From a virus, in IMG/VR virus record IMGVR_UViG_3300009082_000017, positions 1-64,000 of that record: 64,000 bases of DNA. One strand, 5' to 3'. A model generated the notes under the pieces. The model did not search any database. It had not been told where the DNA came from and worked only from the letters and a program-made list of their open reading frames with translations. A program made the position numbers and the translations under genes. Shown piece after piece: positions 51,726 through 62,080 of this stretch; within the stretch, counting starts at the first letter, position 1, and each line of letters opens with the position of its first letter.

Positions 51726-52183
51726 ATTATACTCTTATCATATAACCGGATTATATAACAGAATCCGGTTATAACATAAGGTTATAATAAGGTAACCGGT
51801 ATATAATGGAGTATAACAGAATGAAAAAAATCATTAACAAAAAATGGATGATGGATACCAGACAAGTTAAAAAATTTAACCTGAAAGTCGCACGAAAAAA
51901 CAAGGCTGCACGTATTGAATTTTTAACACGGTTGGATGTATAATCATGTCAACAAAATTTAAAAAATGGTTTTTTGGCTGGCACTATGCGCCTGAATTAC
52001 TACAATCATTAATAGGAATTAATAACAGGCTAGTCGGTTTTAATGTAATCTGGCATGAAAACGGATATCACTTCCGACTAATCAACTAATTTTATTTTGA
52101 CTCTTGTAATTCAGTTAACAGCATGGTACAATTGAATTACAAGCGCGGAAGTAAAATTAAAAAATTAAAAAGGATGGTTTAAA

Positions 52184-52471
52184 ATGGAAGAAAAACGCGC
52201 AGTATTAGTTTATCAGGCAGGAATTGCAAACGTTTTTGAAGTTGAATGTTTCAATATGTGCAATTTTGGAAGAAACGCAAAAAGAATTTTGCAAAGTGAT
52301 TTTAACACGTGCGAATCATTCGCAAATGGTTTAAAATATGCCGGATTTAAAATCACTTCTGCCGGTTGCAATATGGCCGGCAATATCATTAACAGCGAAT
52401 GGAATACGAATCTAGAATCACTGCCCTTTAATGATAAATTTCATCCTGTTTATAATGGAATACTTCATTAA
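52184..52471 (+). CDS. Early hypothetical protein
   Basis: AAGGATGG SD; LVYQAGIANVFEV. Confidence 0.65.
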   Translation: MEEKRAVLVYQAGIANVFEVECFNMCNFGRNAKRILQSDFNTCESFANGLKYAGFKITSAGCNMAGNIINSEWNTNLESLPFNDKFHPVYNGILH

Positions 52472-52587
52472 TTTTATCCTGATCATGCCGGTTTAATAAT
52501 AGTATAGACCGGCAAAATGAGTATAAAATTAAAAAATTCGGTTATAATACTTAACAGAAAACAAAATTTGAATAACAGGATTAAAAA

Positions 52588-52833
52588 ATGGAAGACTTAA
52601 AACATGGAACTGGAATTAAAAATAAAAAATCAGGTTCAATAGCATGTATATGTGAATCTTTTAAACATAATGGAGAAAACACCAATTGGTTAATAGTAAC
52701 ATGCTATCATATTTTATTCACTGGTAAAAATAGATACCAATATATAAACCATGATGATATAATTAAAAAATGGAATATCTTAACCCCTCAAGAATTCGAT
52801 CAAGAATTTAAAAAAATTCATAACCTGGAGTAA
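52588..52833 (+). CDS. Early hypothetical protein
   Basis: AGGA SD; tandem gene packing. Confidence 0.55.
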   Translation: MEDLKHGTGIKNKKSGSIACICESFKHNGENTNWLIVTCYHILFTGKNRYQYINHDDIIKKWNILTPQEFDQEFKKIHNLE

Positions 52834-52836
52834 AAA

Positions 52837-53079
52837 ATGATATTACAATTAATTAATTCAAAAAATCGAATAGTTTACACTGCCAAAAAATCAGAAGACA
52901 ATACATATATTAATATCGAACATGAGTCAGGCGGGGGAATTGCTTATAAACCAGAAGACCTATACTTAACAGCGGCGTGTTGTCTTAATGATAATCCATC
53001 ATGCAAAATAACAGGTACATACGCAAACCAATTTAAAGAATATTGCAAGGGGTTAACATGGTTGCAAATAAAAATCTAG
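52837..53079 (+). CDS. Early hypothetical protein
   Basis: GGAG SD; tandem gene packing. Confidence 0.55.
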   Translation: MILQLINSKNRIVYTAKKSEDNTYINIEHESGGGIAYKPEDLYLTAACCLNDNPSCKITGTYANQFKEYCKGLTWLQIKI

Positions 53080-53279
53080 AGTATAGAATAACCCATAAAA
53101 CAGGTTCGTGCCGGTCTGGTATAGACTTAACGGGATATATAACGCACGTGGTAATTAATAACAATTCATTATGTGGTAATAACCCTAACAAAAAATCATC
53201 TTGGTCTGAATATGATGATCAAATAATAACATGCAAAAAATGTATAACAATTCTAGAATCACTTAACAGACAATCATAA
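53058..53279 (+). CDS. Early zinc-binding hypothetical protein
   Basis: H..SLCG..W..TCKKC; ATG 53058 after AAGGGG. Confidence 0.55.
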   Translation: MVANKNLEYRITHKTGSCRSGIDLTGYITHVVINNNSLCGNNPNKKSSWSEYDDQIITCKKCITILESLNRQS

Positions 53280-53303
53280 ATAGATACCAATTGGAGACTA
53301 AAA

Positions 53304-53543
53304 ATGTATTATTTTGGAACACTTAAAAACGACAAATTGACAGAAGTATTTTACTCTAAAACAAAGCCAACACAATTAACGCATGGTAACATATATAAAT
53401 ATCTAACAGGCGGATATAAAACAAAGTCAGAAGCCATACAGCAAGCTAATTATACAAGTTATTGCAAGGTTGTATTTTTTGATCGTAGAAAAAAAGAAAA
53501 TATAACTAATCATAATTTATGTATGATAACAGGTATAATCTAA
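53304..53543 (+). CDS. Early hypothetical protein
   Basis: GGAG SD. Confidence 0.55.
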   Translation: MYYFGTLKNDKLTEVFYSKTKPTQLTHGNIYKYLTGGYKTKSEAIQQANYTSYCKVVFFDRRKKENITNHNLCMITGII

Positions 53544-53758
53544 TGGAACATCAGACCATAACAGAACCGATTAAACCATTTTTAACCAATAATAACACCA
53601 TGTATTTTAAACATCCGGTAACGCATGAAATATACACCATGCAAGCGGATAATACCAGTGCATACGATATTATAACAGGTATGCCATTATCAGGCCGTTG
53701 GTTATGTTCTGAATCTCAATTTAATCAATATAAGAGTATTTTTATAACAGAACCTTAA
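53543..53758 (+). CDS. Early hypothetical protein
   Basis: TAATG stop/start overlap. Confidence 0.5.
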   Translation: MEHQTITEPIKPFLTNNNTMYFKHPVTHEIYTMQADNTSAYDIITGMPLSGRWLCSESQFNQYKSIFITEP

Positions 53759-53766
53759 AAATACTT

Positions 53767-53795
53767 GACAAGTCTTAACAAACGTGCTAAAATCA
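53767..53795 (+). promoter_or_regulatory. Sigma70-type early promoter (similar promoters at ~60081, ~62008, ~63851)
   Basis: TTGACA-17-TAAAAT with TG extension. Confidence 0.7.
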
Positions 53796-53835
53796 TTAAC
53801 AGATAACACAATATAGATAACAGGGAGCGCTTAAA

Positions 53836-54126
53836 ATGGAACTAAACAAACTGAACGGGATATCATTCGACAATACCAATAGAGTTAAAATCATTGCTGA
53901 TATAATGGATATTCGCGGCAAGTGGGATAAAATCCCATCAGGCAAAGAAAAACAAGCCTTTAAAACCGGCGATAAAATTGAGAGTCTGAATACTGATGTA
54001 TTTAAGACCGGCACAATCTCAATCATTAAAGAATGCGAAAATAATAACGGTTATTTTCGATATTTGGCTGGTGGTGTTTGGCATAGACAAAAAGATATAA
54101 AATTATCCTTAACAGTGGGAGCTTAA
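53836..54126 (+). CDS. Early hypothetical protein
   Basis: GGGAG SD. Confidence 0.55.
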   Translation: MELNKLNGISFDNTNRVKIIADIMDIRGKWDKIPSGKEKQAFKTGDKIESLNTDVFKTGTISIIKECENNNGYFRYLAGGVWHRQKDIKLSLTVGA

Positions 54127-54129
54127 CAG

Positions 54130-54417
54130 ATGATCACTTATAAATCACTTGAAAATCAATATGGTTTAAAAATAAACAAAAAATTTAAACTCATGTTAGG
54201 GGATAAAATTAATGATAATTATTGTCAGACTATGCTTAACAAAGCATTAAAAGGTAATTTAACTAATGCTGATAATAAGGATATATTTTCTAAAGGGCAG
54301 CAATCATCTAAAGAATACCCTGGATTATATTATCTTTGTTTTATTTTTATCAATCCTATAACATACTTACAATCTATTGATAAAATGGCAAAAAATATTG
54401 GAAGGGGTATAAAATAA
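54130..54417 (+). CDS. Early hypothetical protein
   Basis: GGGAG SD. Confidence 0.55.
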   Translation: MITYKSLENQYGLKINKKFKLMLGDKINDNYCQTMLNKALKGNLTNADNKDIFSKGQQSSKEYPGLYYLCFIFINPITYLQSIDKMAKNIGRGIK

Positions 54418-54809
54418 TGATAATACCAATTGACAAGCTAGAATCAATTCCCGACCATGCAAGCCGTGACTTTAACAGACAATACGCGCATTATAACACT
54501 TCGGATGATAACAGTACTAATCCAATATGTGAGTATACAAAATTCCCCTCAATACAGGATATTTTTAAAGCCGTTGCAACTCAATCAGAACCGCCCGAAA
54601 CAGAGGTTATATATTCTGTTTACTATTGTGATTGTAACAGCGATAACGCTATACTTCCGGTTATTGGTGGAGCTTGTGAAGTCTCAATCAATCCAGAACC
54701 TTATTATAACGAATTAACAAAACAAAATGATATATATTGTGCATTTTTAAAATTTAATGAATTTGAAACAGCATATAATTACAGCGTCAATAATTCAAAA
54801 CAATTATAA
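54417..54809 (+). CDS. Early hypothetical protein
   Basis: TAATG overlap; AAGGGG SD. Confidence 0.55.
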   Translation: MIIPIDKLESIPDHASRDFNRQYAHYNTSDDNSTNPICEYTKFPSIQDIFKAVATQSEPPETEVIYSVYYCDCNSDNAILPVIGGACEVSINPEPYYNELTKQNDIYCAFLKFNEFETAYNYSVNNSKQL

Positions 54810-54822
54810 AAAAGGTCAAACC

Positions 54823-55113
54823 ATGAATAACTATACTAAAGATTTTATCAGGTCTAAAATTACAACTGAAAAAAACTGGACGTATAAGGCTATTCTAGCA
54901 TTGTATAAATTGCAAACATCATCCGAAAAACTCGATCACGAAACTAAAGAAAAAAATAACGCTGGTTTTAATGGAATAGACGCAAAATTTTTAACCTCAC
55001 TTGCTATTTTTATTCAAAAAAATAAATTCCTAACAGATAAGCAATTAAAATCCGCTCAAAAAATTATTGGTAAGTATGCCGGACAACTAACGAAAATTGC
55101 AAACCAAAATTAA
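54823..55113 (+). CDS. Early conserved phage protein
   Basis: LYKLQT..EK...NNAGFNGIDAKFLTSLA...LTDKQ...KYAGQL; ATG 54823 after AAAGG. Confidence 0.65.
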   Translation: MNNYTKDFIRSKITTEKNWTYKAILALYKLQTSSEKLDHETKEKNNAGFNGIDAKFLTSLAIFIQKNKFLTDKQLKSAQKIIGKYAGQLTKIANQN

Positions 55114-55263
55114 AAAATATATCCTAATAAAATACTCATTTCATCAACGATTAATTTAAGGAAGTGTTCTATAAACTCTAATGTAATGTTCTACTATTAA
55201 TCAAATTTTATGGTATGATTAACTTAATCAAGTAATTAATCAGACATTCAAAAAGGAGAAAAA

Positions 55264-55464
55264 ATGAAAACCGTAAAACAAATTCTTGAGTCTGGCGTCT
55301 GGATTAAAAGTAATAATTTTTCACTTTGGGCTGGCGATGATGGTTATTATTGGGTCACTGATGACCGTATGAACGATGATGATCAACTGGAATACCCTGT
55401 ATATGTTGGGAAAAGCCTTAAAAAAGCATTGGCTGATTTTTACAAAGCCATTGAAGAGTCATAA
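55264..55464 (+). CDS. Early hypothetical protein with its own promoter
   Basis: AAGGAG SD; TGnTATGAT upstream. Confidence 0.6.
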   Translation: MKTVKQILESGVWIKSNNFSLWAGDDGYYWVTDDRMNDDDQLEYPVYVGKSLKKALADFYKAIEES

Positions 55465-55469
55465 CATTA

Positions 55470-55518
55470 TAGAACATCTGTTCAATGAAATCTATCTTTC
55501 ATTAGAACTTTTGTTCTA
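55470..55518. promoter_or_regulatory. Composite element: LexA-like box / 18-bp palindrome / LexA-like box
   Basis: AGAACatctGTTCA-ATGAAAtctatcTTTCAT-T-AGAACttttGTTCT. Confidence 0.6.
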
Positions 55519-55785
55519 GAAAGGAAATTCTAAAATGCTATACTTTAAAACTTTTAATTGCAAAACTTATGCCGGATATTTGGAAGGTTCAAAACTTCTC
55601 AAATTAGGCTGGACGATTAAAGAGTATAACGGCGATTTTGTCACTATGCAAGGATCAAAACTTCCCTAATACTCTAATCTAATGTTCTACAAACTCTTAA
55701 CTTATGTTCTAGTATTAATAATCAAGTCGTGGTATACTTAACTTAATCAAGAAAACAAACCACTAGACAAACAGGAGAAAATAAA

Positions 55786-56181
55786 ATGACTGAAAATGAG
55801 AACGAATACGAAAAACAAGCTAATGATTTTTTGAGCAAATACCAGATCAAATTTTCAATTGATTGTAGTAATACAAAAAATGCTAGATGGGAGCCATCAG
55901 GCGAACACTTTATTGTACAATTAACAAAAAAGAACCCAAGAAAACAAATAACATTTGATTTTTGGGGTTCTGTTAACGATATGGAAAATCAAATTACTCC
56001 GAACGCTTATGATGTTTTGGCTTGCATTTCTGGCGATTGTAGCTTTACAGATAAAGAAGACGTTATAAGTGAATTTGGTTATGAATTTTATGATGACGCA
56101 GAACGTATAGCGTCATTTGGTAGAAAACTTAATAAATTTTTTACTGAACAAGAAATTGAAGACTTATCAGAAATTAGATAG
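55786..56181 (+). CDS. Early hypothetical protein
   Basis: AGGAG SD; ITFDFWGS...PNAYDVLACI. Confidence 0.65.
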   Translation: MTENENEYEKQANDFLSKYQIKFSIDCSNTKNARWEPSGEHFIVQLTKKNPRKQITFDFWGSVNDMENQITPNAYDVLACISGDCSFTDKEDVISEFGYEFYDDAERIASFGRKLNKFFTEQEIEDLSEIR

Positions 56182-56274
56182 ATTTTACTCTTATAAATGG
56201 CATATTATAAAGGATAGTATGCTAAAATAAGAATAAAATCATAATCAAACCATATAACAGGAAAGAGGCTAACA

Positions 56275-56796
56275 ATGCTAGAAAAAAGAAAATCACACGC
56301 TTTTAACAAAGATGTTTACCTCATCGGACAAGATGAGGAAGGGATTAACTATTGGTTAGAGGCTCCAGTATGGGATTGTGGCTGGTATTGGGGTTTTGGT
56401 TATATTGAAACTTACCAAAACAACGCAACACCAAACAGGGCAAGAGATATTGATAGCCATCAACATTTTAACGGTTTTGTTGGTCAAATGTTTGAATACA
56501 ATTTTGATAAAAAATGCGAAGTCAAAAAAGAATATATTCATACTCTTAATGACAAAGGATCACGCTTAACAGCAACGGTTTTAACAGACTCGGAAGCGTG
56601 GGAATTATCAGACCTCATGCAACGATTTTATACTATGCGTAAAATGGCAGACATTTTACATCAGGGAACTGATCATCTAACATCTAATACAAAACATAAA
56701 ACATTAAACCCTGAAATGAGAAAATGGATTAATGAAGAAGAATTACCGGCACTTTTTAAACGTGTTCTTGAAATTCTCTCACCACTAACAAAATAG
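56275..56796 (+). CDS. Early hypothetical protein
   Basis: GAGG SD; WDCGWYWGFGYIE. Confidence 0.65.
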   Translation: MLEKRKSHAFNKDVYLIGQDEEGINYWLEAPVWDCGWYWGFGYIETYQNNATPNRARDIDSHQHFNGFVGQMFEYNFDKKCEVKKEYIHTLNDKGSRLTATVLTDSEAWELSDLMQRFYTMRKMADILHQGTDHLTSNTKHKTLNPEMRKWINEEELPALFKRVLEILSPLTK

Positions 56797-56881
56797 ATTT
56801 TATCCTGACCATATAAGACAAGTTTAATCACTTGTCTTATAGAATGAGTATAAAATTTAAATAACAGAAAAGAGGTTAACA

Positions 56882-57187
56882 ATGACCAACAATAAACCGA
56901 CAATTTACGATATAAAATATAGAACACAAGAAAAACAACCATTCTTTTTTGATCGCAAAACTTTAAAATTTTTTCATCAAACCATGAAAGATTTTAAAGT
57001 GAAAAAATCCCCCTTTGGTAGAATTTTTATTCAATGCCCTATCAGAAATGAAAAAAGAAATATCATAGGATATACTTTCAAAGAGTTTATAAATAACAAC
57101 GAACTAATAACGGTCAGGGATGATAATAACAATATTTTTGATGACAGAATGTTAATATCAATGGCTTGTTATATCCAATCTCATTAA
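56882..57187 (+). CDS. Early hypothetical protein
   Basis: GAGG SD; FFDRKTLKFF. Confidence 0.6.
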   Translation: MTNNKPTIYDIKYRTQEKQPFFFDRKTLKFFHQTMKDFKVKKSPFGRIFIQCPIRNEKRNIIGYTFKEFINNNELITVRDDNNNIFDDRMLISMACYIQSH

Positions 57188-57497
57188 AAAGGAGTAATTC
57201 ATCATGGACGTTATAATCTTCGGGTTCATCCTCTTTAGTTCGTTGCTGGCAGTTGCCGGATTGTATAAACTGATAACCGGAAAGGATTTAAAATAACATG
57301 CAAACCTATACACAATATTTTTACTCAAACGGTGACATTGAACAAAAAGAAGGAATTAATTTAAAACTTCCATGCGCCCCATCATCTATTTTATTGGTGG
57401 TAGAATATAACAGCGGTTCGATTGTGAATTGCTACAATCCTAATGACCTTTAACAGCCGGTCAAATATCAGTCAGACAATGAAAGGATTAAAAGATC

Positions 57498-57719
57498 ATG
57501 GACGAACAAAAATTAATTGCAGACTATAAAAGAACTGATGCAAAAATGGACAAACTACGCAAACAATGCGAATATTTTATGGTTTTAGCCAATGAAGCAT
57601 TAAAAAATAATAATCCTGAATTGGCATATAGTATTATATACCGATGCCCTGACCATGTTACAAATTGCTTTATAGTTGATGCTGTAAAACAATACAAAAA
57701 GAAAAATAATATTGAATAG
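57498..57719 (+). CDS. Early hypothetical protein
   Basis: AAGGA SD. Confidence 0.55.
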   Translation: MDEQKLIADYKRTDAKMDKLRKQCEYFMVLANEALKNNNPELAYSIIYRCPDHVTNCFIVDAVKQYKKKNNIE

Positions 57720-57785
57720 AACACTTGTCCCATGAAATAACCTTTTCATTAGAACACATTTTCTATAACAGAAGGGATAAAACAA

Positions 57786-58103
57786 ATGAAAAAATTAATT
57801 ATCATCATTACAATAATCATTGTTCTAATAAGCACTTTCACTTTCATTAAATATCATGGCGCTCTGGATGGTTCCGATCCTGACATTAAATACAATTTAG
57901 ATCATACCTTTGGCTTACATTCTGAAGAACGGGCATTAAGAGTATACTCCAATTGGATGACCGGAACAGGGGTTATATATTGGCAACTAAACGAATCATT
58001 GTCTAATGATTATAATGATATTTGGGATTATTATATGATTAGATTGATTAACTGGGATATTCAATTTGAACATACTACCCAAGAAACAATAAAACAGGAC
58101 TAA
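57786..58103 (+). CDS. Early protein with N-terminal signal/membrane anchor
   Basis: MKKLIIIITIIIVLIS. Confidence 0.55.
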   Translation: MKKLIIIITIIIVLISTFTFIKYHGALDGSDPDIKYNLDHTFGLHSEERALRVYSNWMTGTGVIYWQLNESLSNDYNDIWDYYMIRLINWDIQFEHTTQETIKQD

Positions 58104-58107
58104 CAAA

Positions 58108-58302
58108 ATGAATAACTGGACACTTCTCTATACCTCTCCAAATTATCAATACTATAAGCACAACACAACCGGCAGACTAGCCACTACAACCAATAATAAA
58201 CCGCCTACCGTTGATGACGGTACATACTACAACCTTTTACCCTTTGCTGTATCAAATTGTGAATCAACCGAAACCTTAAAAGATATTCGTAGAATCTTTT
58301 AA
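58108..58302 (+). CDS. Early hypothetical protein
   Basis: AGGA SD. Confidence 0.5.
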   Translation: MNNWTLLYTSPNYQYYKHNTTGRLATTTNNKPPTVDDGTYYNLLPFAVSNCESTETLKDIRRIF

Positions 58303-58760
58303 GGTTTTGTTCTATTTTGTTCTATTGTAATTTTTTGAACTATCGTTTATAATGGTATTGTAATCAAAAACAGATAACGAAAGGGATTAAAAATGTGGCA
58401 AACAAAATACTTCAAAACACAAGAACAGGCGCAAAATTGGATGGATAAAAATTATCATAAATACCAAATGGAATTAATTTTCATCAACAAAAAAACTGAA
58501 AAATCAAATGGTTACGGTGTGGAATACAAACCGCTAATAAAAATCTACTAAATAGGAGATTAAAAATGTATATTGCTCACGTTCTTTCTAATGGTGGTAT
58601 AATCAAAGAATTTATTTTCACCCCTGAAGAATATCACTTTAACACTATCAAAACCATGATTCTTCAAACCATAACAACCGGACAAATTTGGTTAACAGTG
58701 AATGATCAAAATGACGTTGAAATTTTCGATGGTTTAATTAGATAAAAGAAAGGATTAAAA

Positions 58761-59123
58761 ATGTCAAACGGAAACTACGCAAATTTTGAAATTCTACCAA
58801 ACGGAAATTTAAAAATATCATTAATCCCTGAAGGGAAAATTGAATTAACAGAAATTCAAGAACAATACAAAGAACAATGGTCAGATGAAATAATGTTCCG
58901 TGAAATTATAGAACATCAATTATGTAACGGCTGGACATGGGTACAGCCGGAAGATATTGGAGCATTAACAGAAGCCCCTATCTTGTCAGACGATGTAGTT
59001 TATAACGATGATGGTATTGTTGAATTTATTGATAATGTCTGGTGGTATCCTAATTATATGGTAGAATCATTAACAGAAAAATTACAAGAAAATGGATACC
59101 TTATTTTCACAAAAGTAGAATAA
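58761..59123 (+). CDS. Early acidic hypothetical protein
   Basis: AAGGA SD; IGALTEAPIL...WWYPNY. Confidence 0.6.
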   Translation: MSNGNYANFEILPNGNLKISLIPEGKIELTEIQEQYKEQWSDEIMFREIIEHQLCNGWTWVQPEDIGALTEAPILSDDVVYNDDGIVEFIDNVWWYPNYMVESLTEKLQENGYLIFTKVE

Positions 59124-59160
59124 CATTGTAACCAATTCAAATACTGAAAGGATAAATAAA

Positions 59161-59667
59161 ATGAAGCACATAATTTATGACAACTACGAAGATTTTGATA
59201 CAATGGATAACACCAAACAACAAATAGCCGAACATCAAGAAATTCCTATTGAAGAAGTAACAGAACAAATGGTCTATGATGAATGGGGAGAACAACTTGA
59301 TTTTTGGTTTTCAGACGAACAAGAAAACCTTAATAAACAATTAGACGGGAACATTATCGCTATTGCAGACTTAGGATTATGGAACGGCAGATTTTCAGGC
59401 TATAAAATTATTGGAGACAATCTGAATGAAATAATGAGTTTTGGCAACCATGATTATATTAAAATTTATAGTGATGGTTATAATATCCGTAAAGAATCAT
59501 CACACCATGACGGTACTAATCATATCCTTTTTAGAATGGTCAGAAATGATAGAAACATTGATTATTTTACCGATATGATTTATAACAAAAAACCTATAAC
59601 AAAAAATATGTTGAATTACTATACAAAAAGCATTGAAAAAAATGTTAGAAATATTTACGGCTGGTAA
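59161..59667 (+). CDS. Early acidic hypothetical protein
   Basis: AAGGA SD; IAIADLGLWNGR...HHDGTN. Confidence 0.65.
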   Translation: MKHIIYDNYEDFDTMDNTKQQIAEHQEIPIEEVTEQMVYDEWGEQLDFWFSDEQENLNKQLDGNIIAIADLGLWNGRFSGYKIIGDNLNEIMSFGNHDYIKIYSDGYNIRKESSHHDGTNHILFRMVRNDRNIDYFTDMIYNKKPITKNMLNYYTKSIEKNVRNIYGW

Positions 59668-59708
59668 ATAAAAACATTATCCCTATAACACGAAAGGAAT
59701 TAACAATC

Positions 59709-59897
59709 ATGGCTAAACTAATCCATACAACGGCTCCAGACGATGACCCCGCAGGATGTTTATATTGTGGTGAACCATTTTTCAAAGGTGATAAAATCGT
59801 ATTAGATGAATCCCTGGACTCCGTTTTTTGTTCTGAACATTGTGATCAAGAATATCGAAAATTTTACCCCGAACAGAATGAGAGTAATCCACTATGA
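59709..59897 (+). CDS. Small zinc-finger protein
   Basis: CLYCG...FCSEHC. Confidence 0.55.
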   Translation: MAKLIHTTAPDDDPAGCLYCGEPFFKGDKIVLDESLDSVFCSEHCDQEYRKFYPEQNESNPL

Positions 59898-60109
59898 GAC
59901 TAAACCCTCACATTCGTGGTTACTTACTCCAATTGGTCAAACCATCCAACAACACTAAACAGATACAACTTGCTAGATGGGCATTGAGAATTATAGAACG
60001 CGGTTATATATCTGAATTTCAACTCAAAGAACTTGAAAATATGGGGTATAAATATCCTAGTCTTAACAGAAAATTGGCACTTGACACATCCCTTAACAGT
60101 GTAGTATAA
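59894..60109 (+). CDS. Early hypothetical protein
   Basis: ATGA overlap. Confidence 0.5.
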   Translation: MRLNPHIRGYLLQLVKPSNNTKQIQLARWALRIIERGYISEFQLKELENMGYKYPSLNRKLALDTSLNSVV

Positions 60110-60132
60110 TCAAATCAGAAAGGATACCTAAA

Positions 60133-60522
60133 ATGACAACTGCTAACTTAACCAACAAAAAACTAAAACTAAAATTGCAAACAACAACTATTATTCTTAT
60201 TGCTGGTCAAATTGGTGACTGGCTCACTACCGCATGGTTTTTATCTTTAGGTGGTTCTGAAGGCAATCCTATCCCCTACCAATACGGATGGATGACGTTT
60301 ATATTACTACAAACCGTCTTTACAGCCTTGTTTGCAATACTAATGGAAACAGTATCAGAAAATCATTTCAATTATTACCAGAATCTTTTTAACAAATATC
60401 CAATTATCAAAACAGTAATCCAATACACAAAATGGTTTATCGCTTTATATTGGTGCTATCCGGCAATTCACAATATTTTTTGGATGATTATTGAATATTA
60501 TAATATCCACATTACAATATAG
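60133..60522 (+). CDS. Membrane protein (DUF5658-like)
   Basis: DWLTT..L..GG.EGNP motif and three hydrophobic segments. Confidence 0.6.
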   Translation: MTTANLTNKKLKLKLQTTTIILIAGQIGDWLTTAWFLSLGGSEGNPIPYQYGWMTFILLQTVFTALFAILMETVSENHFNYYQNLFNKYPIIKTVIQYTKWFIALYWCYPAIHNIFWMIIEYYNIHITI

Positions 60523-60810
60523 GAGACTTAACGCATGACACTATATCAATGGCTCAAAGATCAAGGCATCAAACCTCAATCATTATTAAACAAACGTATC
60601 AATTTGCTTCGATATACCGAAGACCAAAAATGACCTCAACAAACCGGTTACAATTATGATAATATGGGAAAAGTAAAAACAATTGATAAGTGGAAAATAA
60701 CCTTTGAAAACGGTGGTTCATGGTATGCCGGTGAACAAATAAATAGCGATTATACCGCCGACTTATGGAAAATTGAAATACTATCATAATTAGCGAAAGG
60801 ATAAAATAAA

Positions 60811-61053
60811 ATGACTCAAACAATTGTTGGTGGTTTTGGTAACAATAAACCCGAAGGACTTCCCGAAGGGTATGAAAGTATGACTCCCGAAGTATTTGTG
60901 ATCGAATATACAAAAAAGAATAGTATTGTTCTTCCACCAAAAGAAAAAAGAGAATACTCATACACCTATAAAAAGAGAATGGTATTATTACACACTGGGT
61001 TAACAGATAATGATTATTATACGGCAATCGGCGCAAAACAATCAAACGTATAA
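60811..61053 (+). CDS. Early hypothetical protein
   Basis: AAGGA SD. Confidence 0.55.
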   Translation: MTQTIVGGFGNNKPEGLPEGYESMTPEVFVIEYTKKNSIVLPPKEKREYSYTYKKRMVLLHTGLTDNDYYTAIGAKQSNV

Positions 61054-61120
61054 CAGAACAAACTTTCTAATGAAATAATCCTTTCATGGAACATATTTTC
61101 TAAAAAACAGGAGGCTTAAA

Positions 61121-61297
61121 ATGGAATACGGAATTTTTGTAATTTATGAAAACGGTCAAACAATCCGCTATGAACCTGATTTTTCTTTTGACTCGCCAGA
61201 AGACGCTAAAGAATGTATGAGATGTTGGCGCATTACTGGAGAACACAAACTCCCTATTGGCGGACTCTATTTCACGGCATTACCTATCTGGAAGTAA
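61121..61297 (+). CDS. Early hypothetical protein (58 aa, absent from the ORF track)
   Basis: GGAGG SD; MEYGIFVIYENG... Confidence 0.55.
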   Translation: MEYGIFVIYENGQTIRYEPDFSFDSPEDAKECMRCWRITGEHKLPIGGLYFTALPIWK

Positions 61298-61317
61298 TTA
61301 AAACTAGGAGGTTTAAA

Positions 61318-61560
61318 ATGTGGAAGTCAAACATCTTTATACCCGAACTTGGTCAGAAAATTAAATACCGTGATCAAAACTGTATTACTCATGTTGGAGT
61401 ATTCCATGCCGATACCGATTCTTGGCAGGTTCATGATATTATAGGCGGTATTACAACCTCATGGCATAACGTAATTGAATGGCAAGGTTTTGAGCCAGCT
61501 TTAACGGACATGTGGTATAGCAATTGGTTACTGGCAAGTATTGAGTCTGAATTAGCATAG
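61318..61560 (+). CDS. Early hypothetical protein
   Basis: GGAGG SD before ATG 61318. Confidence 0.55.
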   Translation: MWKSNIFIPELGQKIKYRDQNCITHVGVFHADTDSWQVHDIIGGITTSWHNVIEWQGFEPALTDMWYSNWLLASIESELA

Positions 61561-61573
61561 AAAGGATGATACA

Positions 61574-61756
61574 ATGAAAATAAGTAAAAATGCTAAGATA
61601 TGGTTGAGTTATATTGATAAAAATGGATTTATGCCCTTAAATGCAGATATTCCAGAAATGAATTGTGAAGACCGTCTTAAAGCATTTAAGGAACTATTGA
61701 ATAAGAAAATAATAGTCAAAAGGGATTGTGCCGGAGTAGCTTATGAAAGAGCATAG
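61574..61756 (+). CDS. Early hypothetical protein
   Basis: AAGGA SD. Confidence 0.5.
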   Translation: MKISKNAKIWLSYIDKNGFMPLNADIPEMNCEDRLKAFKELLNKKIIVKRDCAGVAYERA

Positions 61757-62080
61757 AACATCTGTTCCATGAAAGAGTGGTTTCATGGTGAATCAACATT
61801 AAATATTGACACTTGGTTGCAAACCCTCACCACATACCCTATTTAAGGCACTCCAGAGCCTCATGGCGCGATTTATACATCAAATTGGACAAATATACAC
61901 TATAACTATTTAAATCGTTTGTAGGGCTTCCTGTGGGATAAAGTTTATGATGATAATAAAGTTGAACATTAGAAAACTTAAAAAATCTAACCAATATCCA
62001 AAAACACTTGACTTTTGAATATACTTGACTGTATAATGGTTATGTAATCAAAAACAGTTTACAAAAAAGGAGAAAATAAA

